Position numbers and translations under genes: made by a program. A stretch of 50,522 nucleotides of DNA from Candidatus Hodarchaeota archaeon (GTDB lineage Archaea; Asgardarchaeota; Heimdallarchaeia; Hodarchaeales; Hodarchaeaceae): NCBI GenBank assembly GCA_029856365.1, contig JAHQWW010000018.1:1-50522 (forward strand), read 5' to 3'. This document shows positions 27,216 to 37,267 of the stretch, piece after piece (the stretch's first letter is position 1; every line of letters starts with the position of its first letter). Below the pieces are notes generated by a model. That model saw nothing but the letters and a program-made list of their open reading frames with translations. It did not search any database and was not told the DNA's origin.

Positions 27216-28268
27216 TTAATAACGTCTGCCTGCATGTCGATATGCGACTCCAAAGAGGAATAAGAAAATCCCAAAAGCCATGAAAATAGCTGTTGAACGG
27301 CTAATGACTTTTAAATCTCCAGAAACAAAGTTAACTATCTGAAAAAATACAAGAGTCAACCAACCTATGATACTAGTATCCCTACTTGTTGTGAGTCCTT
27401 TCCAATACCTCACAATAAGCATGAAAACTCCTATAACCACTGCACCGATATGAAATAATTCAAGAAAGGCTTCTGTGGGAAAGATTTCTGGATCAATGAC
27501 CAAATAAATAAATTCTAAGAATATAAAGAGTATAGCAGAAATAAGAGTAATAAGAGGGCCTGGAATTCTAACAGTAGGATCTTCTTGTTGAGCTCCTTCA
27601 TAGATTAAGTATAGAATCCCTCCAATTGTTGCAGAATCCGCTAATATCAATGCTGATGTGTAAATAACATCTAATTGGGTATTCCAAATATTGAAAAGTT
27701 TTAAAAAGAAACCAAAAATACCAGCTTGCTCACCAAGAGGATCATAACCAAAATAAAATCCAATAATTACCAGCAGTGGTAATGGTAAATATAGTAAAGT
27801 TAGTAATATGGTTTTTCGCTGACTAGAGATCATTTTTCCTTCTTCACACCATTTCAATAAGTATACTGCGATAAAATACCCCCCAAACAGCGAAATAATG
27901 GGAGTAATCATAGGGAATAGAAAAAGTATGCCCACTACAAAGTTAAAACCGTAAAAAGCTTTAACTGTGGTCGGTAATCGCCAAACTTCTTGCCCAAAAG
28001 ATTCATAAGCATCACCAATTTGATATCTACTCCCATAGGTCCAAAAAAAGAAAGGAACAGACATAAAAAGAGGGCCAATCATATAAACAATGATATCCGA
28101 AAAGATACGTAAATCATCTGTGTTTAAAAACCATATAACTCCATTAACAAAAACAAAAGACAATAAATAAAAGTAGACAGGGATGAATATAAATTGTAGA
28201 ATCACCAACAACCGTCCATAATGAATATAGGTTTCGTAATCACTCAATTGATTTTTTACTCCTAACAA
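27216..28268 (-). CDS. Polytopic membrane protein of unknown function
   Basis: About 9 hydrophobic segments over 350 aa. Confidence 0.7.
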   Translation of the reverse strand: MLGVKNQLSDYETYIHYGRLLVILQFIFIPVYFYLLSFVFVNGVIWFLNTDDLRIFSDIIVYMIGPLFMSVPFFFWTYGSRYQIGDAYESFGQEVWRLPTTVKAFYGFNFVVGILFLFPMITPIISLFGGYFIAVYLLKWCEEGKMISSQRKTILLTLLYLPLPLLVIIGFYFGYDPLGEQAGIFGFFLKLFNIWNTQLDVIYTSALILADSATIGGILYLIYEGAQQEDPTVRIPGPLITLISAILFIFLEFIYLVIDPEIFPTEAFLELFHIGAVVIGVFMLIVRYWKGLTTSRDTSIIGWLTLVFFQIVNFVSGDLKVISRSTAIFMAFGIFLFLFGVAYRHAGRRY

Positions 28269-28406
28269 TAGTTGAGCTTGCTAAAGAAAATACTTCTCTC
28301 TTTTTAAAAACATACCTCTCGTGTTCCTTAAAAATAAATTTATTAGGTCATTTTTAAGAGGCCTATCCTTGGATGCTCCAATTAGTATTTTTGTGAGAAT
28401 ACTAAT

Positions 28407-28718
28407 ATGAATGATTCTAAAGAAGAGGAAAAATTCCCCTATAAATCGGAATACTATCATTTAATTAAGGGGAAGACTATTTCACGGCGTGGTAGGTGGT
28501 GGACAGCGGTTCTTCTAGTCCAAAATGTTGATGATGCTGATAAACGAATTGTGGTTATTCAACGCTGGCAAAAACGTAGAAGAGCAGATCCTGACGCGGA
28601 GGGGAAGATCTCTAGCTATTGGGCGCCTGCAAAAGCTTTTACACTCAACTCTAGCAAACCCTGGGAAACTCTCAAAGAAACAGTCGAAGAATGGCTTACA
28701 ACAAATGATTGGAAATAA
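28407..28718 (+). CDS. Small Trp-rich hypothetical protein, possibly PC4/Whirly-like fold
   Basis: KTISRRGRWWTAV...IQRWQK...W...FTLNS..PWETLKETVEEW: several beta strands plus a C-terminal helix. Confidence 0.55.
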   Translation: MNDSKEEEKFPYKSEYYHLIKGKTISRRGRWWTAVLLVQNVDDADKRIVVIQRWQKRRRADPDAEGKISSYWAPAKAFTLNSSKPWETLKETVEEWLTTNDWK

Positions 28719-28800
28719 TTGTGAGTTCTTTCTGAATGGTTTATGTTTAATTTTATAGTAAAAACTGATTTTCAAAAGAGAAGATGATTATTTAGGCATT

Positions 28801-30132
28801 CTAAGCTATTTTGATGTACTCATATGCCTTCCTGGTGGTTTCAAATCCATAATGAATGGTTTGATAATCTGCACGGAATTCGGCAACTTCAGTAGCGACT
28901 TTAGTAGGGTCTTTTTGATCCACAATGACTGATTTAAAGAATTCAGCAATCCTTTCCATTTCTTTTTCCTTCATCCCCAATCGAGTAATTTCCTGTGATC
29001 CAATACGAATTCCCCCTGGGTTCCTATAATTACGCTTTTCTATGATATCCCAAGGGAGAAGATTGCGATTAGCGACAATATTAGCCTTTTCTAATCTTTG
29101 TTCGACATCTTTTCCCAATCCAATCGTATTTTGAAAATTACTGATGTCAACAAGTAGTGTATGAGATTCCGTAAAGCCTTTATCGGGACATACTACTTGG
29201 AAACCTCTTTCATACAACGCTTGACCCAAAGCTTTTGCATTAATGATCACTTGTTTAGAATAAGGAAGACCATACTTTTTGAATTCAGTAGCAGCAACAG
29301 CAAGGCCTGCAACATGCATCAGATGGTGATTAGATGTTGTACTAGGAAAAGCTGCAGCTTTTATTTTCTCTGCAAGCTCTTCTCTAGCTGCTAAAACGAT
29401 TCCTTTCTGAGGACCTGGAAAGGTTTTATGAGTGGACATTGTCATTGTATCAGTTCCTTCTTGTAAAGGATCTTGGAACTGTTTAGCTGCGATCAATCCT
29501 GCGACATGAGCAGCATCATAATTTATGTGAGCCCCAACTTCATGAGCGACAGGTTCTAATTCCTTTACAGGATGAGGAAATAGAAAAACACTCGCTCCAA
29601 ATTGAAGGAGTTTTGGTTGTTTTTCTCGAATGGCTTTGATAGCAGCATCAACATCAATATTTAAGCCATAACGATCAAAAGGAATGTAATCAACTTCCAA
29701 TCGGGAAACTGCTCCAGCTGTCCCACCAATGAAAGCTCCAGTCTTGGCTTTTAATGGCCCAGACGAGATGTGTCCTCCCACAGGAATAGAAATAGCCATC
29801 ATCTTATCATTGGCTTGAGTAAAAGCAGAATAGACTGTTAAATTTGCAACAACGCCAGAAATTGGGCGAGCATCAATGAATGGTGCTTTAAAAATCTCTT
29901 TTAGCAACTTTAGACATAATTCCTCAATTTCATCAAAGTATTGGTTCCCTGGATAGACTCGTTCACCTATCCAACCCTCTGCATACCGATGCACAAGATC
30001 AGAAATGGCAGCTTCCCGTACTGCTGGGCTTGTCACATTTTCACTTGCAATAAGTGGGATTGATTTACTCCAGTAATCATGATGTTTTTCCAAAATGGAT
30101 CTAATTTTTATAAAATCAGGATCTAAGGCCAT
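28801..30132 (-). CDS. glyA: Serine hydroxymethyltransferase (archaeal type)
   Basis: LIASEN.TS, RYAEG, GGHIS, YDAAHVAGLIA, STHKTFPGPQ, GIRIGSQE.TR.GM. Confidence 0.95.
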   Translation of the reverse strand: MALDPDFIKIRSILEKHHDYWSKSIPLIASENVTSPAVREAAISDLVHRYAEGWIGERVYPGNQYFDEIEELCLKLLKEIFKAPFIDARPISGVVANLTVYSAFTQANDKMMAISIPVGGHISSGPLKAKTGAFIGGTAGAVSRLEVDYIPFDRYGLNIDVDAAIKAIREKQPKLLQFGASVFLFPHPVKELEPVAHEVGAHINYDAAHVAGLIAAKQFQDPLQEGTDTMTMSTHKTFPGPQKGIVLAAREELAEKIKAAAFPSTTSNHHLMHVAGLAVAATEFKKYGLPYSKQVIINAKALGQALYERGFQVVCPDKGFTESHTLLVDISNFQNTIGLGKDVEQRLEKANIVANRNLLPWDIIEKRNYRNPGGIRIGSQEITRLGMKEKEMERIAEFFKSVIVDQKDPTKVATEVAEFRADYQTIHYGFETTRKAYEYIKIA

Positions 30133-30367
30133 ATACTTCTCACCAATCGTATTCTTTTAGTAGTTCTCGTCATTTGAATTAACTGATTACGATAACCCAG
30201 AAATCGCCAAAATTTAAAAAAATTCTCAAGATGTTTATAGATATCTAACTATGTATTTGATATGTTCAGAATACTGCTTATTCAAACCTCTTTTTACTAT
30301 AAAGAGATTTTTATTCTACTTAAGAGTCACAAAGAAAAAATCAATTGAATTGATGATGTGATCAGTA

Positions 30368-31501
30368 ATGAAAACCCAGCTTTATAACTGGCATGTTAAG
30401 AATGGTGATATGATCAATTTTTCAGGATTTAAAATGCCTGTAATGTATAGCTCCATTAAGGAAGAGCACATGGCTGTAAGAAACGCCGCTGGTCTTTTCG
30501 ATGTCTCGCATATGGGGCGGATGTGGATCGAAGGACATGATGCAGAAAAATTTTTGAATTTACTTGTACCCCGAGACCTGAAAAAAACTCAGGTGGGTAA
30601 AGCAGCATACACATTCATGTTGAATGAACAAGGAGGATTTCGAGACGACATAGTTTTCGCAAGAATTGAAAATAATAAGTGGTTACTAGTTTGGAACGCA
30701 GGAAATCTTGAAAAGATCAAATTATGGATGAATGAGTTCAAAAATATCCTTACCCAATTCATTGATCTAGACCTAACTTTAGTAGAAATCTCTTCAAGCT
30801 CCGCCATGTTTGCATTACAAGGTCCAAAAGCACATCAAGTGTTATTAAATGCTTTTAAGGGAGAAATCGAGCCTCCGCTTCCTTGGCGTGCTTTCCCAGT
30901 ATCATCTAATGATATTGATTTAATACTGTCTGGAACTGGTTACACTGGAGAAAAAGGATGTGAAATAATTGTTCTTGATACCACTTGTGAAGATCCATCG
31001 AAAGCAAATAGGATTTGGAACCTTGTTCTTGAGGCGGGTAGTAGACCATGTGGACTTGGAGCGAGAGACTCTCTTCGGTTAGAAGCAGGATTAGCTCTTT
31101 ATGGAAATGATATTAACGAAAAAATTAATCCTATTGAGGCCGATCTATTTTTTCCACCTTTCATTCATATGGATAAACCCTATTTCATCGGAAAATCCCA
31201 ATTAGAGAATTTATCAAAGAAAAAATCCAACCATATCCGCATTGGATTTATAGCTCGTAAGAAAGGGCCAAGTCCAAGACCAGGAGTCAAACTCTTTAAA
31301 GAGGAACAAGAAATTGGATTTGCAACCTCTGGGGGATTTTCACCCCTATTGAACCTTGGGATTGGGATGGGGTATATAATCACAGATTTGAATAAGGAAG
31401 GAGTTTCCATTCAGTTTGAAGTTCGTGGAAAATTATATGAAGCGGAGATCATTAAATTTCCCCCGTTTGATACTGAGAAGTATGGTAAAAATAGAAAGTA
31501 G
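30368..31501 (+). CDS. gcvT: Glycine cleavage system aminomethyltransferase T
   Basis: MPVMYSSI.EEH.AVR..AGLFDVSHMG, ALQGP, TGYTGE.G.E, CGLGARDSLRLEAG..LYG. Confidence 0.95.
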   Translation: MKTQLYNWHVKNGDMINFSGFKMPVMYSSIKEEHMAVRNAAGLFDVSHMGRMWIEGHDAEKFLNLLVPRDLKKTQVGKAAYTFMLNEQGGFRDDIVFARIENNKWLLVWNAGNLEKIKLWMNEFKNILTQFIDLDLTLVEISSSSAMFALQGPKAHQVLLNAFKGEIEPPLPWRAFPVSSNDIDLILSGTGYTGEKGCEIIVLDTTCEDPSKANRIWNLVLEAGSRPCGLGARDSLRLEAGLALYGNDINEKINPIEADLFFPPFIHMDKPYFIGKSQLENLSKKKSNHIRIGFIARKKGPSPRPGVKLFKEEQEIGFATSGGFSPLLNLGIGMGYIITDLNKEGVSIQFEVRGKLYEAEIIKFPPFDTEKYGKNRK

Positions 31502-31544
31502 GCTGGATTAGAATATTAATTCCAATCTAAATCTCTATTCTTGA

Positions 31545-34500
31545 TTATTTTTTCCTTTTCTTATCTTTATCACTTTCTCCTGCTTCTCCACTGATGGAAC
31601 CTAATTCAGATAGAGCATCTGAAAATAAATCAGCTAAATCTGGTGTTTTTATCAGAGATTCCTCTGTTTCTTTCATAGGAGTGATTTCTTGATACTCTAC
31701 TTGGGGGACATCAAAAATATCCTTTGTTGCAGATTCTTCTTCTTGTATCAAAATATCCTCGATTGAATCAGTTCGAGTCTCTGTTGTAACGACACTCGGT
31801 TCTCTCAATGCTTCCTCAAAGATGCCATCTTTTATGTCTTCTGCAACTTCTTTGGCCTCCTCCTCTTGAATAATTTTTTCATGAGGGAGTAAATCAGGAG
31901 CTGCAACTGACACATCACTTGGAAGCTCTTCTGGCTCAATCTTTGGTTCTACAAGTTCCTCTGTTGAAGATGGTAGAGTTCCTTTCTTCCATAGCCGTCC
32001 AAAGCTATCTACCTCCCATTCTTCATCCTCTGGTATCCCCTCTTCTCTGAATTCTGGTTCTGGTCGCTCAGCCTCAATAGAAGGAGTTTCCACCCGTGGA
32101 ATGAATAGAGATTCCACTTCTTCCTCTGACAGAGCGGCCTGTTTCACTTCTTTTTCGTGAGGAAGCTCCTCTACAGGCGGGTGAAGCTCTTCTAGAGATA
32201 TTCTAGCTTCCCTTGGAGGAACCTCTTGACCTGGAGAAGGTGCTGCGGAAAATAAGGTACTTATTTCTGCATCTGTAAGAGCTGCTGTTTCAGGTACTTC
32301 TGGTTCTTCATAAGGGAGTGGTTCGATAATTTCTTCTAATTCAGGTCGTGAAATTTCAAGTTTATCTTCACTAGGAGCTTCTACAGTACTCGATTCAATA
32401 GCTCTAGTCACGGGAACCTCATCTAAAACAGGGAAGATTACTTCTTGATCTACTTTAACTTGAGCTTTTTCGGGGACTTCTTTACCAAATTCTTTTATGA
32501 CACTTACGAATTCTTCGTCAATCTTTTCATCTATCTCCTCTTGAGAGGATTCAACAGAAGTAGTGACTTCTGGTGTTGGAGGAACAATTGCTTCTGTTTC
32601 AACGAGCTGAGGCACTGGTTCAGGTTCTTCTTCTAGTTCAACAGTTTCTATTTTTCCAATTTTCTCCTCTACGTGAACCATTCGCTGTTCTGCTAGCATT
32701 GCATAGTCTTTCTTATATTTCTTAGGTTTGATCCCAAGTTCATCAATGTATTTCTGAATTAACTCTAAACGATCGTTATCCTTGACCTCCTCCGCGTGAT
32801 GTAACATAAAGACTAAGATTCCTCCAATGTTTTCTTTTTTATTTATCATGGAACTTAAACGAGTCATGTAATCAAGATAGGTGTACACGATTTTGAGATT
32901 ATCTGATTTGATAGCAACCTCAATAAGATTATACATTACGTTGAATAATTCGTCAAGATCCTGAAGCTCCTCGAACTTTTCCAATGTTTCTTGGAACGAT
33001 GCGAGAGCAGCGACATTATTAGAAGAAATTAAAAATTCTGTTAAACTGGTAAGTAATTGGGCTTCATATTTGTCAGCTTTATATTTCTTACATATGTTTA
33101 TACCTCTCTGATAGGCTCTAATAGCTTGTTTAGGAGAGGGAATCCGTTCTGCTAGTTTTGTATAGAGCGTCACAACGCCTTCAAAATCATTCAAGCTGCG
33201 ATAGAAACTTGATGCTTGATAGGCATATTCTGATGCCAAATCTGGGTTTTCTGAAGCTACAAACACTGCAAATTTTTGTATGATTTTTGCAGTAATTAAT
33301 CGTCCTTCTCCACCAAATCTATCTTCAGCAGTTTTAATAACGCGATCTGTGTATTCTCGTGCGTCCTCGAGTAAGGAATTGTTAATAAGTTCTTGAATAA
33401 AATCGAAAGAAGCTTGTAAAACTTCTACAATTGGTTTTTCAGTTTTTTCTAAGACAATTGCCATTAAGCGTGAAGCATGGGGGATTTGGTCAGCGTTTAA
33501 TAATTTATAGGTATACTTATTTGCAATTCGGTCTCCTTCATCTCCCCATCCCTCATCATATGTTGAAATTACAAAATTAACAATAGCCTCTGCATTTTCT
33601 TCAGAAATTTCATTGGACTTAAGCATATCATCGAAAATCTTTTCTGAAAAAGAAAAAAGATCCTCAAATGGTGGGTTCAATACCTGTTTAGCTGTTCTAA
33701 TTAGCTGAATATCAGGGTATTTATGGAATAATGGTTCCAAATATTTACGGGTAATTTTCTTGAATTCAACTTTTTCTCCCCGAATCTCCATAATTCGGCG
33801 GAAAATCTGAAATGCAGATTCTTGATCTTTCGCCTCATATAAAGTATTAAAAATCATTTGCAAAAATTCAAGTGCCTTCTCTCCTTGATTCTCCTCATCT
33901 AACAGGTTTGCAACTTCTAAACCAAATTTTGCAGAAGTTGCTGTATCTCCTCTATCTAATGCATTTTTTGAGTAATCTTTCATGGCAGTAATTGCCAGTT
34001 TGTGCTTTTTATGACTCTTTCCAAATCTAAGGATTAAATCTGTCATTCGATTTGCTTCTTCAAATTGTTCATAGCTAAGAAATTTATCACGAATCTCTTC
34101 AAGGTATTTCATAACTTTAGTGATGTCACCTAATCGTTCATAATATCGAGCATTCTGAACACTAAAGATATAAGCGTCTTGAAACTTTCCAAGCTCCAAC
34201 TGTTTGTCAATCAGAGGTGAAACAATATTAATACAATTCTTATAGTCCTCTTTCTGCTCTATTTCTTTAAGAATCGAATCTGTTATCCGTTGAGCTAATT
34301 CGACTGAATTTTCAAGGATCTGTTTTTGAAAAGAAATTAATGTTTCCATGGATCCTTCAGGATCACCCATTTCATGATAAACTTCTGCTATTCTTTGGAT
34401 ATAATATTCAACTAAATCAAATCTTTCAGTATTTTCTAAAATATAATCAATAAATCGAGTCATACTATCAATTGTTCTAGTATAATCCTGGTGCTTTTTC

Positions 34501-37064
34501 TGGATTATAACCAACTGATTCATAATAAATGCAGCATTATCAAATTTGTTTAATTCCTGTAAATCTTTAATAAAACCTTGCAATACTTTATAGTCAACTT
34601 GATCAGTTTGGATCATTAAATTTGATGAATATTTCATATACTCGAAAACCATGTCTAACTGGTTATATTCTCTTAATTTTGTTATGAAATTCTGACAGAA
34701 TTTAATAACCTCAGTGATTTTATCTCCAGTTGATAACAACCGTGAAAGCTCTTGATTAACCATCTCCTGTGCTGACAAGATCGCGTGGTTCACCAATAAA
34801 TCATCAACGTATTTAATAACGATCTTTTCTCGCTTCCTTGCATCACCGATTGTCTGAAGAGCAGCTTGAATGTATGCTTTTGCTTGGTCTTTTAATCCTA
34901 ATTTTCCAAATAAATCACTGATTATTAACTGTTTTTCAACACGACGTTTTTCATCAGTCTCATATGCCTTTTCAACAAGAGATTCTACAAATCTTATATA
35001 ATCTTGTGCTGCTTTCGTTTCTTTTAGATCTACCAGCCCCCTAACGATGTTTAAACTAAAATCAATTGCCTCAGGGATTTTGTTTAATTCATAAAAAAGC
35101 TTGATTGCTTTATTCCCATATTCACAGGCTTTAACGTAATTCTCTGAATCTAATAAAAAGGTTGTACTTTCAACAGTTACTTCTAGTGCTTTCTCTTTTT
35201 TATCTTGGGTTTCTAAAGATATTAATAACTGATCAACATATTTTAAATATGTTTGTTTGTCATTTACTTCCTGTAAAAGATTCAATAAATTTTCAAGAGA
35301 TTCAAGCAACTCAAAATGTACTTTCCGCTCTTCTTGTGATTCGAAAGCTTGATCTAACAGATAACCTATTTCTTCTTGATAAGCAGCTTTCTGTGGAGTA
35401 TCAGCAATTTTACTCAATTGTTTAACGGCATAACGGGCATAGCGTAGCGCATTTTCCTCCATAACTGATGGAAGTCTTGCATTTTTATAGAATTCAACCT
35501 GTGTTCTGCCAAGCTGTATAACATACTTAAGAGTCTCAACATTTTCCTCGTCAGATAAATAATGGTCTAATAATAACCCACAAAGATTAGCAGCATTCAA
35601 ATAGGATTCACTAGATACTAACTTTTCCAATGAGTCTAAAACGAACTTATGAGTAGAATCAACATCAATCTCTAATAATTCTTCAACTAACGCGTTTCTG
35701 AGCTTTATTGCTTTGGTAGTCTGCTTTTTCTCCTCGAAATAATCTAAGAGCTTTTTTCCGAACTGAAGAATCCCTTTTATGTTTTTTTCTCTTCTAAAGC
35801 GTTCAAGAAGGACTTCTGTTATTCGTGCAGCGGCTTTAAAATCGTTTTCTGCTTCATGTTGTTCAATAATCTGCAAAAAATGACCAACAGCCACATTGAG
35901 TATGATATCACTCATAGGTCGCTTAGTAAGCTGCTGAATTGCCTTGAATACTTTCTCCGAGGCGTCATAAAGATAACTAAAGGAAATTTGTGGAATTTTT
36001 TGATTAATTAACCTAGCTAGTTCATCTTGATCAATCTTAACCTTGGTCATATCGGAATACGACCCATCTTTTGTTTTAAATCGAACAAACCAAGAGTTCA
36101 TCTGGCGTAAAATAATACAAACTACCCCACCTGTATGCTCAATTTCAACTTCTTTAACAGGTAGTGGTTGACCTTCATTTACAAATGTCGTAACTTCTGA
36201 AATAAATTGATCGAAATCTTCAGCTTTAGAATATCCAGAAACATCCAGCATCGACAAATCGACCATGGCCATTTCATCTTCAGATTCTTCTACTTCTGAA
36301 ATAGTAGTTATAGGTTCTTCAGTACTTGATATTGCGTGAATTTTTGGGATTTCTTCTATCTTATCAGTCTCTAAATAGTCCTCAGGATGTAAGATGATTT
36401 TCTGTAGCTCCCCTGCTGTATCATAAATAGCGGAGAACGAAAGAAAATCAATCCCTGACTCACTTATCATTGCAACAAGAATATCTTCACTTATGGCGTC
36501 TTTATGAAATTTCTTCCGAATTACAGGAGTCTCATTTTGATACAGGATAATAGCATATTTACCGTCACGACAATAATATACCTCTGCATAACCTGCTTGA
36601 GAATAGGGCATCTCAAATTTCTTGAGTAATTTATCACCAGAGTCAATAAAAATCTTGGATTCAGGTTCAGCAGAAATTTGAACATCAGCAGATTCTTCTT
36701 TCACAGCTGCTATTGGAGCAATCTCTTCAAGATCCTTTGTTTCAGAAGGTTGAACGACAATCCTTGGTTCTTCCTCTTCAACCATTAATTGTTGAAATTC
36801 TTTTTTGATTGTTGTTAAAAGAAGTTCTGCGACATCAAAAATAGCTGAAAAACTGAAAAATTCAATTCCCACATCACTCAATAGATCAACCATATTATCC
36901 AAGCTTAACTGTGATTCTGAGACTGAAGAAGACTTGAGGTGACGTTCGTGTTGATAGAAAGTAAAAATATATTCATCACGACTCAAACTATCCCTTATTT
37001 CACATTCAACGCCCGAAGTGGAGGGTAGTTCCAATCTAATCTGTTTTTCTTCATGAGTTGCCAT
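31545..37064 (-). CDS. Giant hypothetical protein (1839 aa): three N-terminal repeats, alpha-solenoid, acidic disordered tail
   Basis: Uninterrupted 5.5-kb ORF. Repeats end in SFSAIFD, SFSAIYD and SFSYLYD; TPR/SNAP-like helices in the middle; E/P-rich C-terminus. Confidence 0.8.
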   Translation of the reverse strand: MATHEEKQIRLELPSTSGVECEIRDSLSRDEYIFTFYQHERHLKSSSVSESQLSLDNMVDLLSDVGIEFFSFSAIFDVAELLLTTIKKEFQQLMVEEEEPRIVVQPSETKDLEEIAPIAAVKEESADVQISAEPESKIFIDSGDKLLKKFEMPYSQAGYAEVYYCRDGKYAIILYQNETPVIRKKFHKDAISEDILVAMISESGIDFLSFSAIYDTAGELQKIILHPEDYLETDKIEEIPKIHAISSTEEPITTISEVEESEDEMAMVDLSMLDVSGYSKAEDFDQFISEVTTFVNEGQPLPVKEVEIEHTGGVVCIILRQMNSWFVRFKTKDGSYSDMTKVKIDQDELARLINQKIPQISFSYLYDASEKVFKAIQQLTKRPMSDIILNVAVGHFLQIIEQHEAENDFKAAARITEVLLERFRREKNIKGILQFGKKLLDYFEEKKQTTKAIKLRNALVEELLEIDVDSTHKFVLDSLEKLVSSESYLNAANLCGLLLDHYLSDEENVETLKYVIQLGRTQVEFYKNARLPSVMEENALRYARYAVKQLSKIADTPQKAAYQEEIGYLLDQAFESQEERKVHFELLESLENLLNLLQEVNDKQTYLKYVDQLLISLETQDKKEKALEVTVESTTFLLDSENYVKACEYGNKAIKLFYELNKIPEAIDFSLNIVRGLVDLKETKAAQDYIRFVESLVEKAYETDEKRRVEKQLIISDLFGKLGLKDQAKAYIQAALQTIGDARKREKIVIKYVDDLLVNHAILSAQEMVNQELSRLLSTGDKITEVIKFCQNFITKLREYNQLDMVFEYMKYSSNLMIQTDQVDYKVLQGFIKDLQELNKFDNAAFIMNQLVIIQKKHQDYTRTIDSMTRFIDYILENTERFDLVEYYIQRIAEVYHEMGDPEGSMETLISFQKQILENSVELAQRITDSILKEIEQKEDYKNCINIVSPLIDKQLELGKFQDAYIFSVQNARYYERLGDITKVMKYLEEIRDKFLSYEQFEEANRMTDLILRFGKSHKKHKLAITAMKDYSKNALDRGDTATSAKFGLEVANLLDEENQGEKALEFLQMIFNTLYEAKDQESAFQIFRRIMEIRGEKVEFKKITRKYLEPLFHKYPDIQLIRTAKQVLNPPFEDLFSFSEKIFDDMLKSNEISEENAEAIVNFVISTYDEGWGDEGDRIANKYTYKLLNADQIPHASRLMAIVLEKTEKPIVEVLQASFDFIQELINNSLLEDAREYTDRVIKTAEDRFGGEGRLITAKIIQKFAVFVASENPDLASEYAYQASSFYRSLNDFEGVVTLYTKLAERIPSPKQAIRAYQRGINICKKYKADKYEAQLLTSLTEFLISSNNVAALASFQETLEKFEELQDLDELFNVMYNLIEVAIKSDNLKIVYTYLDYMTRLSSMINKKENIGGILVFMLHHAEEVKDNDRLELIQKYIDELGIKPKKYKKDYAMLAEQRMVHVEEKIGKIETVELEEEPEPVPQLVETEAIVPPTPEVTTSVESSQEEIDEKIDEEFVSVIKEFGKEVPEKAQVKVDQEVIFPVLDEVPVTRAIESSTVEAPSEDKLEISRPELEEIIEPLPYEEPEVPETAALTDAEISTLFSAAPSPGQEVPPREARISLEELHPPVEELPHEKEVKQAALSEEEVESLFIPRVETPSIEAERPEPEFREEGIPEDEEWEVDSFGRLWKKGTLPSSTEELVEPKIEPEELPSDVSVAAPDLLPHEKIIQEEEAKEVAEDIKDGIFEEALREPSVVTTETRTDSIEDILIQEEESATKDIFDVPQVEYQEITPMKETEESLIKTPDLADLFSDALSELGSISGEAGESDKDKKRKK

Positions 37065-37267
37065 CTATTATCCCTTGGTGATGTTGATCAATAGCTAGGT
37101 ACCAATACAAGAGAAATTGCCAAAAGGTTGTTCAATGAACGCTCTTTCTACTCAGTTGTTTAGTAACTTTTCCGTTCTAAAAGTTTTCCAATTTCACCAA
37201 AAATGACTCAATGTCTAAAAAGTGAATCGATTTCAAAATTTTTGTTGAAATTTACAGACATTTGCCT

